Origin: Octopus sinensis | Lineage: Eukaryota | NCBI RefSeq assembly: GCF_006345805.1 | Contig: NC_043014.1 | Location: 51,336,001 to 51,400,000, forward strand | Direction: 5' to 3' | Length of the DNA stretch: 64,000 bases | In this document: piece by piece, positions 14,854 through 27,306 of the stretch | Numbering within the stretch: position 1 is the stretch's first letter | How the letters are laid out: each line of letters begins with the position of its first letter | Notes under the pieces: generated by a model | The model's input: the letters and a program-made list of their open reading frames with translations, nothing else | Database searches by the model: none | What the model was told of the DNA's origin: nothing | Position numbers and translations under genes: made by a program

Positions 14854-15016
14854 GTATATATTGTACATTATAACTATACATGTATGTATGTATTATATGT
14901 ACATATATATATATACATGTATGTATATATATATGTGTGCATATATATATATGTATGTATGTATGTTATATATATGTACATATATATTATACATGTATGT
15001 ATATATATATGTGTGC

Positions 15017-15048
<32 letters not shown>

Positions 15049-15603
15049 GTACATATATATACATATATTTGTATATGTTTGTGTGCATATATATATATTA
15101 TACATGCATATAAATTATATGTATGTATGATATGTATGTATGTATATATGTATGTATATATATGTATGTAGATATATATGTATGTATGTATATGTATGTA
15201 TGTATATGTATGTATGTATAATATGTATGTATGTATATATGTATATGTATGTAATATGTATAATGTTGTATTGTATATATATGTATGTATGTATTATGTT
15301 ATATATGTATGTATGTATATATATGTATGTATGTATATATATATATATGTATGATGTATATATGTATATATATATGTATGTATGTATATATATATGTATG
15401 TATGTTATAGTATATATATATGTATGTGTATGTATATATGTATTATATATATGGATGTGTATATATGTATGTGTATATATGTATGTGTGTATATAGTATG
15501 TGTATATATGTATGTGTATATGTATGTATGTTGTATATATGTATGTGATGTATGAGTATGTATAATATATGTATGTATATATGTAATATATATATATATA
15601 TGT

Positions 15604-15634
<31 letters not shown>

Positions 15635-15638
15635 TATC

Positions 15639-15669
<31 letters not shown>

Positions 15670-16050
15670 GTATATGTATGTATATATGTATATGTAAATA
15701 TATATATATGTATATTATATGTAATATATGTATGTATATGATATATATATATATGTATATGTATATATATATTATATGTATTGTAATATATATTATATGT
15801 ATATATATAGGTATATATATGTATGTAGATGTATGTATATATATGTATGTATGTATATATATGTATGTATGTTATATATGTATGTTATGTATATTGTATG
15901 TATGTATATGTATGTATGTATATATATGTATGTATGTATATATATATGCGCGCACACCTACATACGTATGATTGTAGTGTAGATATAATGAACACAGATA
16001 CAAATATACACACACACACACACACACTTGTATATCTATATACACATGCA
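13800..16050. repeat. ~2.2-kb degenerate (TA)n/(TATG)n satellite tract
   Basis: Almost exclusively T/A/G di- and tetranucleotide units. Confidence 0.95.
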
Positions 16051-16267
16051 TAAAATCAAAGAATTAGCACAAGAAATATTCCGAGAGGTGCTGCAAACCA
16101 CGGAACATCAGAGAACTGAGATTAGAGGCCGACATCACGTTGGTCGCATTAGTAGCAGAAGTATTAATAGTAGCAGAATAAATATGAATCGAGAACGTTA
16201 ACGAGACGCCATACACACACGCACACACACACGCGTACCTGTGTGTGTGTGTGTGTGTGTGTGGGTG

Positions 16268-16312
<45 letters not shown>

Positions 16313-16423
16313 AAAAATCCAGTATCCTCTTGAAGAAATGGAGTCTTAACTGCAAGAAAACAGCAAACTAGTAAAGTAGAACAGAATATGTATGCTTGTG
16401 TGTGTATGTTTATATATGTATAT

Positions 16424-16702
16424 TCACGTGACCGACCAGACCATCAGATGTTGTTACACATCGCTGGTCACAATGCGTTCGCATTGTTTTAGCCTTTGAA
16501 TGACGCAGGCCAACAGAAGGAAGATTGGGAGAGAGCGGTGAAATAGTACAGCAGGGATCATCACCACCATCCCCTGCCGGAGCCTAGTGGAGCTTTTAGG
16601 TGTTTTCGCCCAATAAACACTCACAACGCCCGGTCTGGGAATCGAAACTGCGATCCTACTACCGCGAGTCCGCTGCCCTAACCACTGGGCCATTCCGCCT
16701 CC
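16424..16702 (-). mobile_element. tRNA-derived SINE family C (OR-type), tail type 1
   Basis: Head GGAGGCG..TGGCCCAGTGGTTAGGGCAGCGGACTCGCG..GTTTCGATTCCC; tail TGTGACCAGCG..GGTCGGTCACGTGA. Confidence 0.85.
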
Positions 16703-16729
16703 ACATATATGTATATACATGTATATTAT

Positions 16730-17050
16730 TAGTGCTTATAGCCGTTGCTTATCTGCGAATCAAATCATAAGGCTATGGTTATAGTGTTTTGTATGTGGTG
16801 TGTCTTGTTCCCTTACTATTTGGGGCAGAAGGGGACAATGAATGCATGATCTGATTGCTAAAATTTATTAATCTCCCATTTTCTCGCAGAACAGATTTGA
16901 GAGAGAAAGTGGGAGATTAATGAATTTTAGCAATCAGATCATGCATTCATCGCCCCTTCTGCAACATTTAGTAAGAGAGTAAGAAGCCCCACATACTATA
17001 AACACATCCGTATGATTCGATTAACATATAAGGAACGGCTATAAGCACTA
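16730..17050. repeat. ~320-bp imperfect palindrome (fold-back element)
   Basis: Inner arms 16825-16885 / 16903-16962 are near perfect. Outer arms TAGTGCTTATAGCCGTT / AACGGCTATAAGCACTA. Confidence 0.9.
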
Positions 17051-19228
17051 GAAAATAAATAATAATAATTATATATATATAAAACACTTATTATCGTTTT
17101 GTTTACCATGTAGGCAGTCATCGCAATTTTTGTTTGTCTTGTTGTTGAGAGAGGCTCCCTTTCTTTCCTGATGAGAAAATTGCATCTTGCACCGTTTATT
17201 CCTTTGTAATGAAACTGTTGTCATCGAAACATATGTCGAGAGTAAAGGAATTTTGTTAACATTTTCGTTCAACTCCATTCATTTATTTATTCATATATAA
17301 CACACAAATTTATGCACATGAACCCGGAGTTTCCACCCTTGGACAGGTCGCTTCAACCGTGTTTCTGACGTGAATTTGCTACCCTGGTATCGGTTGATCG
17401 AATTTACGGACTATTGTTGCGGTAAACATAGATAATTATTCACCTATCGGAATATATATATATATATATATATATATAAACAAGCGTAGATGAAATTTTG
17501 TGTGCGTCTTTAACATATAAAACATATGGGTTTATACTTTCAATTCGTTCACGACTCTTCGAGTTATTTTCTGTTTGAAAATATCACCTTTGATGTAACT
17601 AAATGGACAGTTCATTTCTCACTGTTCTTAACGTGAAACTGCCGATCCTCTTGTTTTGCGTAATTGAAGTCCAGACGTTAATAGCTACGATCGAACCCGC
17701 GACGTATTGCTTGCTTACAATCATCTCATCAGTTTAACCTTACGTGTCACGTAATAAAATTTCATTATGGCATTCAGCGTATTTCGTTTAACGAGCGTAT
17801 ACTGTAGCCAGCCACAAAACTATAGCATTACTCCTGGGAAAGCGTCTCCTATAGATCTATAGGGATAAAAAAAAGCCCAGAGATCTCATCCAGTAGCAGC
17901 GGCGATGGTTTGCTATATCCTAACTTCTATATTTTTGTTCGTCATTCAGTAGGAAGCATATAACAACTGCATGATAGGACAAATCTCTCATAGATTCAGT
18001 CATGCATATAACAATATATATCATTTTTAATAGTTTTCTGAATAAAAAAAAAATGCGGGGTTCGTCTAGAAATAGCACGTCGTATCGACGTATAGTGTCG
18101 AAAAGCACAGAATCTCCATGACTTATGAAATGTGTCTAGCAATGGCGGTGGAATTCCTCAATCTATATTTCTGCATCTGGTTTCGTTATTTATCCACTAA
18201 CTGTGAGAATTAATTATTTATATTCTTTGTTAAATTCAATAAGCGTCTCCTTTTGTAAAAAAACAGATTGTCTGTTTGTGAGAAACTAGGTTGTTTGTTA
18301 CAATGGTAAATATGGATATTGGTGCCCCAGATGCTGCTTGTCTGAAAAAAACAATGCTTTATAACATTTAGTTTTAATAGTTCAAACGCGTTCAGAGAAT
18401 GAGAGAGAGAGGTTGGTGCGAGTGCGGGCTAAGAAGCTCAACCTTGACTTTCAAACATGCTACAATTCCATAACGTCCCGGTAATGTTCTAAAATGCTTG
18501 TTTATGTAGAACAGAGAAAGTTGATTTATATTCGTAAACGGAGGATGTAGGAAGGTGACGGGAAGAGTCAGACATATGCGATGTAGTGGGAGGAGAGGGA
18601 ATGAACGAGGAATGAGATTTAGCATTGTACGAATATCGCAAATGTCATCGTCGAAAGCATTATTAGACGAAATGTTGGTGAATGCTCAGAAGGACAAGAT
18701 TGATAGAAGTGTGGGAGGGAGAGGAGGAGGAGGCTGTCTGTCTATTATGTCATCTCTGGTATAATGAAAGGCAGCATCCAGTTCTGCAGAAAAGAGCCAT
18801 AATAGGATGGCGCAATGTAATTTATCTGCGGTTCCACCGCTGATTGCCATTAATCTCTCATTTTTCAACGGCAATATTATGTCGATTTTACAGCGACGTG
18901 ATTGGCACTGTGGGAAGTGCGTCGAACAATAAGGTGATAAATAAGTTATTTTACGATAAGAATTGCAATCTGTCGATATCATAGTCGCCAGATTCCGTTT
19001 CATGAAATAATGTATTAGTGATGTGATACGAAAACTAATAAATAGTACATGCGCCTATCCACACATAACATAGGAATCCGTATGCAGACACATGTATATT
19101 AGATGCAGGCGCAAACACACACACACACACACACAGACGCACACACGCATATAATACACATGCACACGTACGAGGGTGGGCTGAAAAGTTCGTAGGCTGA
19201 CCACGATGCAGTATATATATATATATAT

Positions 19229-19553
19229 ACAATTGCAGCGTGGAAGGTGTTTATAAGCCATTTAAGAAACACACAAAAGCCGTTCGATTCACTTCAACAT
19301 TTAAGTTTAATTTGTCAAAATATTTTCGTCGCTTTAAGACCGCGACCTGTTCACTGACAAAAATCCGTGCTGCATCTGAGGAAGTAACAGTTAGTTCGTC
19401 ATATATATGTACGTATGTATATGTGTATGTATGTATACACGCATGTATGTATGTATGTATGTATGTACGTACATGCACCTTCCACGCTGCAATTGTTTTC
19501 GTTCCAGCACACGATCTCAGATCAAATCACTTGCTATGCGAGTACATCTCCCT
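19229..19553. mobile_element. Pair of oppositely oriented fragments of a (TA)n-associated, probably PLE-derived repeat
   Basis: Perfect 21-bp inverted repeat 19229-19249 / 19476-19496. The reverse complement of 19490-19535 resembles 34975-35020 (GATTTGATCTGA..GTGTGCTG). Confidence 0.5.
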
Positions 19554-20093
19554 ATATATATATATATATATATTGCAAAGCGTTATACATTGCTATGGTC
19601 GCAAAGGTTTCCCTGCAAGCCGATTATATCCAAAATTACACAGCGCACTTTTATTGCACGCAATTTCTTACGCTCTCTCTCTCCTATATTCCTATCAAGC
19701 AATGGCGATTTGTTAATAAACGTACAGTGATGAGACATAGCAAATATGGTAATGAATTCTCACTGACAATAAATTGCATATGAATATACGAGGAAAATAA
19801 ACTCGTGAATATGTAGATGCGGTTCGGGTTCTTCATTTTCATATTTAAATATTTGATTTGTTTAACTGTGTGATTAAGTGAAACGCTGAATATTGTGATC
19901 TCGTTGAACATTGAATATATTCATTCATGAACAGGTTTATTCCCTGAGGGAATTTAGTTTCAGCTTCCTTCGTTTTTACAGTCAGTGTTTGAAGAGAATC
20001 TCGAACGAACCAATGTAAGAGTACATTGTCGAAACATACAATGTACCCTTTCCGCTTGCAAACATACTTCATCTTCGCCTTCCCCCCACACAC

Positions 20094-20134
<41 letters not shown>

Positions 20135-20177
20135 CTATCTCTTTTCCTATATATACACACACACACACATATATATA

Positions 20178-20399
20178 AGGCGAGCTGCCAGAAACGTTAG
20201 CACACCGGGCGAAATGCGTAGCCGTATTTCGTCTGCCGTTACGTTCTGGGTTCAAATTCCGCCGAAGTCGACTTTGCCATTCATCCTTTCGGGGTCGATA
20301 AATTAAGTACCAGTTACGCACTGGGGCTCGATTTAATCGACTTAATTCGTTTGTATGTCCTTGTTTGTCCCCTCTGTTTAGCCCTTGTGGGTAATAAGA

Positions 20400-20402
<3 letters not shown>
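20178..20402 (+). mobile_element. SINE family B
   Basis: Full head and core, inserted in (TA)n. Confidence 0.9.
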
Positions 20403-20452
<50 letters not shown>

Positions 20453-21002
20453 TCGTCTATCTCTCTTCCTATATATATATATATATTGTTTATCTCTTTT
20501 CCTATATATATATATATATATATTGTCTATCTCTCTTCCTATATATATATGTATATATATGTGTGTATGTATTTGTGTGTATTTATTTATATATATATAT
20601 ATATGTCTGTGTGTATATATATATTTGTTTGTGTGTAAATATGTGTGTGTGTGTGTGTGTGTGTGTCATTTCTTGCACTTTCAAAACAGTAAATAGTTTC
20701 TGTTTTTGATTTGTCCACTTCGAATGTCTTTCGCCGGACTAAACAGACCTTGTCAGAAAGTGCGAGCTAAGAATCGTGACCTTCTGTTTTCTTCTTCTCC
20801 TTTCTCTACAGAGAGATTTGTTTTGTAGTTATTTTACACTAACAAGAAACGGCAACCTTAATCTACAATGATCAACGCTGTCAGCTCAAATAAATACAGC
20901 GAACGAAGAGGGGTGGAAGTGCGGTCCTCTTAAATCTCGTTACGATTTACTTTAGTCAAATGTTGGCGAGATATATATGTGCTTGTGTGTGTATATATAT
21001 AT

Positions 21003-21039
<37 letters not shown>

Positions 21040-21146
21040 TATATATATATTATATATATACTTGGCTTATCATTTCTCTATCTCTGCCAGTCTCCCTCTC
21101 GGTCTCTCTCTTTCTTTCTCTCTCTCTCTCCTCTCTTTCTCTCTCT

Positions 21147-21214
<68 letters not shown>

Positions 21215-22027
21215 TATACACACACACACTTGGGTTATCATTTCTCCATCTCTGTCTGCCCAGCCTCTTTCTCTCAATTATATATACATACATACATACA
21301 TATATACATATGTATGTATGTGTGTGTGTGTGTGGTGTAAGAGAAAGAGAACATACAATGGTGTCAAAGAATATAATGGTAAAGGAAAACGAACAAAAGT
21401 CTCAATAAGCTGGAGACAGTAAAAAATAACGTATATAAAACCAGAAAACCCAAGACACACTCAACACACACATGTATGTAACAAGATGGTTTGGGTCTAA
21501 GTTTTTTATGTGGCACAAGTAAAACAAAGTCGAGAATTTTATTTTTGCTTTCTAAATCAGAGACAAGACCACCCATACAGGAAGGCGAGTGAAAAAGTTT
21601 TATTTCTACGAAGCTCCAGTGATTTATTGGAGTTTGACTGTCATTCTTCCGAACTCATTAAAGCGGAGTTGGTATTGATGTAATTCGAATTCTGACAAAA
21701 TAATGTACAAAATAGAATTACAATCTGCAAAACATTTTATCCAGGGGTCTACTGTGTCTTCCGACATATAAATCTATATAATATACAGTGTAAATATTCA
21801 AATACTTTCAACATATTTTGAAAGCCTGTTAAATTTCAGGTGGTTTGTTTGGTCCTTCAAATTTGTTTTGGTACTTACCTTTTATTTGCCCTAAATGTTC
21901 GTCTAAAAAATTCGATTACTATATCCGATAATACAGTACTGAGGTTTCTTATCTTCAAACCAACAAAAATATATTTTCTTATGAAGCCCATAACGGCAGC
22001 TTTTGCTGCAAAGAATTCCTGGTGTGT

Positions 22028-22070
<43 letters not shown>

Positions 22071-22678
22071 GTTTATATAATATAGAAGCACCATCATATG
22101 TATATATTACTTTAGATATATGCCTATGTATCAATATTCAAGAGTCTTTACTTCACATACTGCATAGAAAACATGATTGTTTTCCAGTTTATCTCCTTAT
22201 CGATGTCTCGCGGAAATTCTCTTACGGTTTGCTTGGTTCAATATTTGAAAGTCAAGTATTCTCACTTCCATAATTTTACATTTTGCTCCCTGTATATACG
22301 ATGCGGGAAGTATACACTTCCCGATAATGTGTCTGAGAAAGTTTAGAAATAATGAGGATGTATTTACGGAGTTTATTAGCCAAAACAATTGTGAAATTTA
22401 CCTTCAGCGACATGTATCTATAGTGACAGGATCAACACATTGCTTTACATTTTTCATTAGTTTTTTTTTTTTTTTTTTTTTTTTTTTGCCCTTCAGTTCT
22501 ATGTCTTTATCTTTAGATTGTAAGCGCAGTTTTTGAAATGATTAGCCCCATCCTTCTGATTCGCCATGAGAAAAATCTTCGTGTAAAAGCGTCTGCAGTA
22601 ATCTCAGCTACTTATACGATAATACGGTTTGTCAAACAAATGAATGCACATCATTGAGACCGATGGCGAATCTATCGC

Positions 22679-22711
<33 letters not shown>

Positions 22712-22896
22712 AGGAGATGTGTGTGTGTATGTTTACTCATCAATGTATATATATATATACATACATACATACATACACACACCGATGAGTATATATATAT
22801 GCGTCTGTATACTTATATAAATGTATTTGTATACATGCAACGGTGTGTGCTTGTATGTAAGTAATTACATCTGCATATGTGTACATACATACATAC

Positions 22897-22943
<47 letters not shown>

Positions 22944-23772
22944 CATACATGTGTGTGTATATGCCTGTATGTATTTCTCAATTTACTTTGAGCTAAAGAA
23001 ACAATTGCCTATTTTCTTGAAGCTGTTGTGAAGAATATCGATGTTTTATAGGTAATGGCTGAATATTTGCTTAGCCGAGGAAAAGATGCGTTCTCCAAAA
23101 GACAAAGCAAAAGAAAATTGCGCTCCTGTGAAGCGTAAAATTAAAAGATGATGCGTATTCCAGAAAATCAAGGCAATTCCTAAGTGTAAGATATGGCTAA
23201 TAAAACTGACGGTGATATACACCTGCCTAGAGACTATTATACACAGGCAAGGATATATATATATTATATATATATATATACATAAATATTGTGTATATAC
23301 AGTATGTGTCTGTGTGTGAGTTTATATATTATATATATGATATATAGATATATAGAGGATATATATGTGTGTGAGTGTATTAGAATGAGGATAGAAATTT
23401 ACAGGTACATATACTAAGAGACATGTGAAAGAGAGTGAGATCGATCGATCGATCGATAAATAGATAAGTTGATGAAAGTAAGATGTACGAACACGCGCGC
23501 ATATACATGCATAGTATAAGTATAATAAATTCTTGCAAAGTAGAATTGAAGATGTCTGTGACCTCGAAAGTATCCCATTATGAGCTGATACGTTGCTACA
23601 CGTGATTTTTCCTCTCAATATATTCGTGCTGACCAACTGTACGCCAATCTCATTCTATCGTTTATATCAAGGATCGCACAGCCATCAGGCTATGATTTTT
23701 TTAGTACCGGGCGTACGGAAAGGATACATTTAATATTTTATTTCTATTTTAATGACTATCGCCATGTGCATT

Positions 23773-23811
<39 letters not shown>

Positions 23812-23902
23812 AGATTGTCTGGACAAACGAAAAAGGAAACCGGGAAACCGGCCCTTATCAGCCAGGCGTGGCAGGAGAAGGAACAAACGACAATTAGGGG
23901 TT

Positions 23903-24125
23903 ACTCTTTTACTTGTTTCAGTCATTTGATTGTGGCCATGCTGGAGCACCGCTTTTAATCGAGCAACTCGACCCCGGGACTTATTCCTTTTGTAAGCCCA
24001 GTACTTATTCTGTCGGCCTCTTTTGCCGAACCGCTAAGTAACGGAGACATAAACACACCAGCACCGGTTGTCAGGCAATGCCAGGCGGACAAACACAGAC
24101 ACACAAACATACACACACACACATA

Positions 24126-24161
<36 letters not shown>

Positions 24162-24320
24162 GACGGGCTTCTTTTCAGTTTCCGTTTACCAAATCCACTC
24201 ACAAGGCTTTCGTTGGCCCGAGGCTATAATAGAAGACACTTGCCCAAAGTGCCACGCAGTGGGACTGAACCCAGAACCATGTGGTTGGTAAACAAGCTAC
24301 TTACTACACAGCCACTCTCT
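23903..24320 (-). mobile_element. SINE family A, near full length
   Basis: Close match to the reverse complement of 26044-26415. Confidence 0.9.
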
Positions 24321-24837
24321 TAGAAAATACATATGATAGGAGGGTCACATTTGGAAAGCATTTGATAACAAGTCTATTCAATGAGTTTCCACTTTTTTCA
24401 AGAGACCACAACACGGAGAACTATGAAAACACTCTGAATATTTACTCGGAGAGTGTTTATTTTAAATTTATCGTATTTTCATTTCGTTGTTTGTTGTGTG
24501 GCTAATCGTAATAAATTTAGTTTTATCTGTGTCAGCAAATTTTATTAGAAAGGGGTTAAAACACCAAAAGCAAACTATCGCTTCATAAAATATTGAAGAA
24601 TCGTGTCATAGAATCGTAAATTAAATTCGTAGGAATGTCAGTATGCTTGAATAAAATAATTTTCAAGTAATTAATAAAACGAAATTTCGTTATTTTGTTT
24701 TCAAGAATTTGAATAAAATGACAAAAAAAAAATAACCCCCAAAAAACCCCCCAAAAAAAAGAAAAAAAGAAAACAGCAAGGCTGTGCAGTCGCAGCAATT
24801 TATGTTCCATGTTCAGCCCCATTAAACTCCAAAGTGA

Positions 24838-25600
24838 AAAAGTGTCTTCATTAGCCCCCGGCCCGACTGAGACCTTTGTAAGTGATTTTGTCTGAAAGAG
24901 ACTTTAAGAAGCTCGTTGTGTAAGTATCTGTCTGTCTGTTTGCCTCTTGCATCCCCTACAACGCACCCACATCCTTATATCTATATGTGTGTGTGATCCA
25001 CCGCTTGACAACCGTTGTTTGTTTATAGTCTAGTGACCGAGCGGTTCGGCTAAAGTAACTGATAGAATTAGTCGTGGCTTTAATATAAAGAGCTGAGAAG
25101 GCGGCGAGCTGGCAGAAACGTTAGCGTTCCGGGTGAAATGCGTAGCCGTATTTTGTCTGCCGTTTCGTTCTGAGCTCAAATTCCGCCGAGGTCGACTTTG
25201 CCTTTTATCCTTTCAGGGTCGATTAAATAAGTACCAGTTACGCACTGGGGTCGATATAATCGATTTGATCCGTTTGTCTGTCCTTGTTTGTCCCCTCTAT
25301 GTTTAGCCCCTTGTGTGTAGTAAAGAAATAGGTATTTCGTCTGCCGTTACGTTCTGAGTTCAAATTCCGCAGAGGTCGACTTTGCCTTTCATCCTTTCGG
25401 GGTCGATTAAATAAATACCAGTTACGCACTGGGCTCGATATAATCGACTTGATCCGTTTGTCTGTCCTTGTTTGTCCCCTCTGTGTTTAGCCCCTTGTGA
25501 GTAATAAAGAAATAAATATAAAGAGCTGAGTTTGATTTGTTTGGCTAAATCTACAGGGTGGTGCTTCAGCACGGCTGCAGTCCAATGTCTAAATCTAGTA
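24838..25600 (+). mobile_element. Old SINE family A copy split by a family B dimer
   Basis: Family A motifs at 24838-25080 and 25530-25600 lie either side of the insertion. Confidence 0.7.
25098..25514 (+). mobile_element. SINE family B (MetaSINE/Sauria-like core), partial tandem dimer with 16-bp TSD
   Basis: GGCGGCGAGCTGGCAGAAACGTTAGC head; GTCGACTTTGCCTTT(C/T)ATCCTTTC(A/G)GGGTCGAT core present twice. TSD AATATAAAGAGCTGAG at 25082-25097 and 25515-25530. Confidence 0.9.
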
Positions 25601-26043
25601 TAAAATTTATAAAAGAATGAAATTCACATTATAAAAGCTCAGGAAATGAAATTATGAAAAAAAGAACAAACGAAAAATCATTTCAGAAACAAGACGTACA
25701 ACGGTGATGTGCAAATAAAGATAGGAACTATTTAATATTCGAGGAATCGGAGAATAGAACAAGAAAAAAATTTCTTAATCTTATCTTTGTTTCGCACGGC
25801 AAAGCCGAAAATAAAATATTGAATTTTAAAATAATGAAAAATAATTAGATGGAAAGCAGCTTAGTATCTCCGACGGAATCTATTTCAAGAAATACCGTTT
25901 ATATTCAGAGTCGTAGATATAGTTTATGAAGAATGCAACTGTTTTAATTAGGAAATTGCACAAAAAGGTTAAAGGCTAATTATATCTATTTATATATTTA
26001 GCTATCTGTTTCTTTTTTTTTTATTATTCATTATTCTAAAATA

Positions 26044-26208
26044 GGCGCAGGAGTGGCTGTGTGGTAAGTAGCTTGCTAACCAACCACATGGTTCCGGGTT
26101 CAGTCCCACTGCGTGGCATCTTGGGCAAGTGTCTTCTGCTATAGCTCCGGGCCGACCAATGCCTTGTGAGTGGATTTGGTAGACGGAAACTGAAAGAAGC
26201 CCGTCGTA

Positions 26209-26251
<43 letters not shown>

Positions 26252-26415
26252 TTGTGTGTCTGTGTTTGTCCCCCTAGCATTGCTTGACAACCGATGCTGG
26301 TGTGTTTACGCCCCCGTCACTGGGCTTACAAAGAATAAGTCCCGGGGTCGATTTACTCGACTGAAGGCGGTGCTCCAGCATGGCCGCAGTTAAATGACTG
26401 AAACAAGTAAAAGAG
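26044..26415 (+). mobile_element. SINE family A, complete head and tail with internal deletion
   Basis: GGCGCAGGAGTGGCTGTGTGGTAAG head through GAAACAAGTAAAAGAG tail. Confidence 0.9.
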
Positions 26416-26530
26416 TTTATCTGAAGAAAGTGGTAGAATGTGTTGAGAATGGCCGAGCGGCAATGTTTGTCGCTCAACAAGACAAAGAATTTGGTGTTCT
26501 TGCACAAATGTAGTTGTTCAGGGTTTTGTT

Positions 26531-27018
26531 TTTATTGAGTTTGTATGCTGGGAACCCCCTTCTCAGCCGGTTGAGCTAGATCAGAGCTATCTTGGGCTCA
26601 GTAGATTCATGGAAATATGCATACCAACTGCGCGGCCATAGCGATATTTATCCAGGCAAGCTGTATGTCGCGGCTAGTTATAAAAATAGAAGCACTCCAA
26701 GCGAAAGTTGAAATCCTAGTGAAACAGTCTAATGATCCTTGTTAATCATTTTGGGCGGTTACACCACCATTTCCACTTTGACTTCCCATAAAATTCGTAC
26801 ACGAGCAACAAATTCTTCTGGTCCTTCACAGACTTTACAGTCGCATCCAGCTACGCCAGTTTCGTTGAATTTACGGTCCTCACAGCGATGGCAATGTACA
26901 TAAATAAGCCATGCATGATTTAAAGCGGTTGACATAAATATACGCCGAACCGTTGCCGTGCGCTAAGTGGTTACCGTCATGATTACCGAGATGATTACCG
27001 TCAGTGTAACCGAGCTGC
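26531..27018 (-). other. Candidate minus-strand exon (terminal or non-coding)
   Basis: On the minus strand a ~30-nt T-rich tract ends in TAACAG|G (AG 27020-27019). Unique, less AT-rich sequence follows. Possible donor TTG|GTATGC after 26625, or AATAAA at 26536-26531. Confidence 0.4.
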
Positions 27019-27270
27019 CTGTTAAAAAAACAAAAAAAAAAAAACAAAAAGAAATCGTTGTCCTGGGGTTAATACCGTCTGGCAGCGATATGATTAATTT
27101 AATCCTTATCATAGCTACTTGTTGTTTTGTGATATTGATGTAGGGATTCATAATGTCACAGATCAATTGTATGTTAACGTAAATAGTCGGAGTTCATGGT
27201 TGGTTAGTGTTGTGTGTTAATGGAATTGTAGAATGGTGTAGTTCAACACACAGGGGGAGAAAGAGGGACT

Positions 27271-27306
<36 letters not shown>

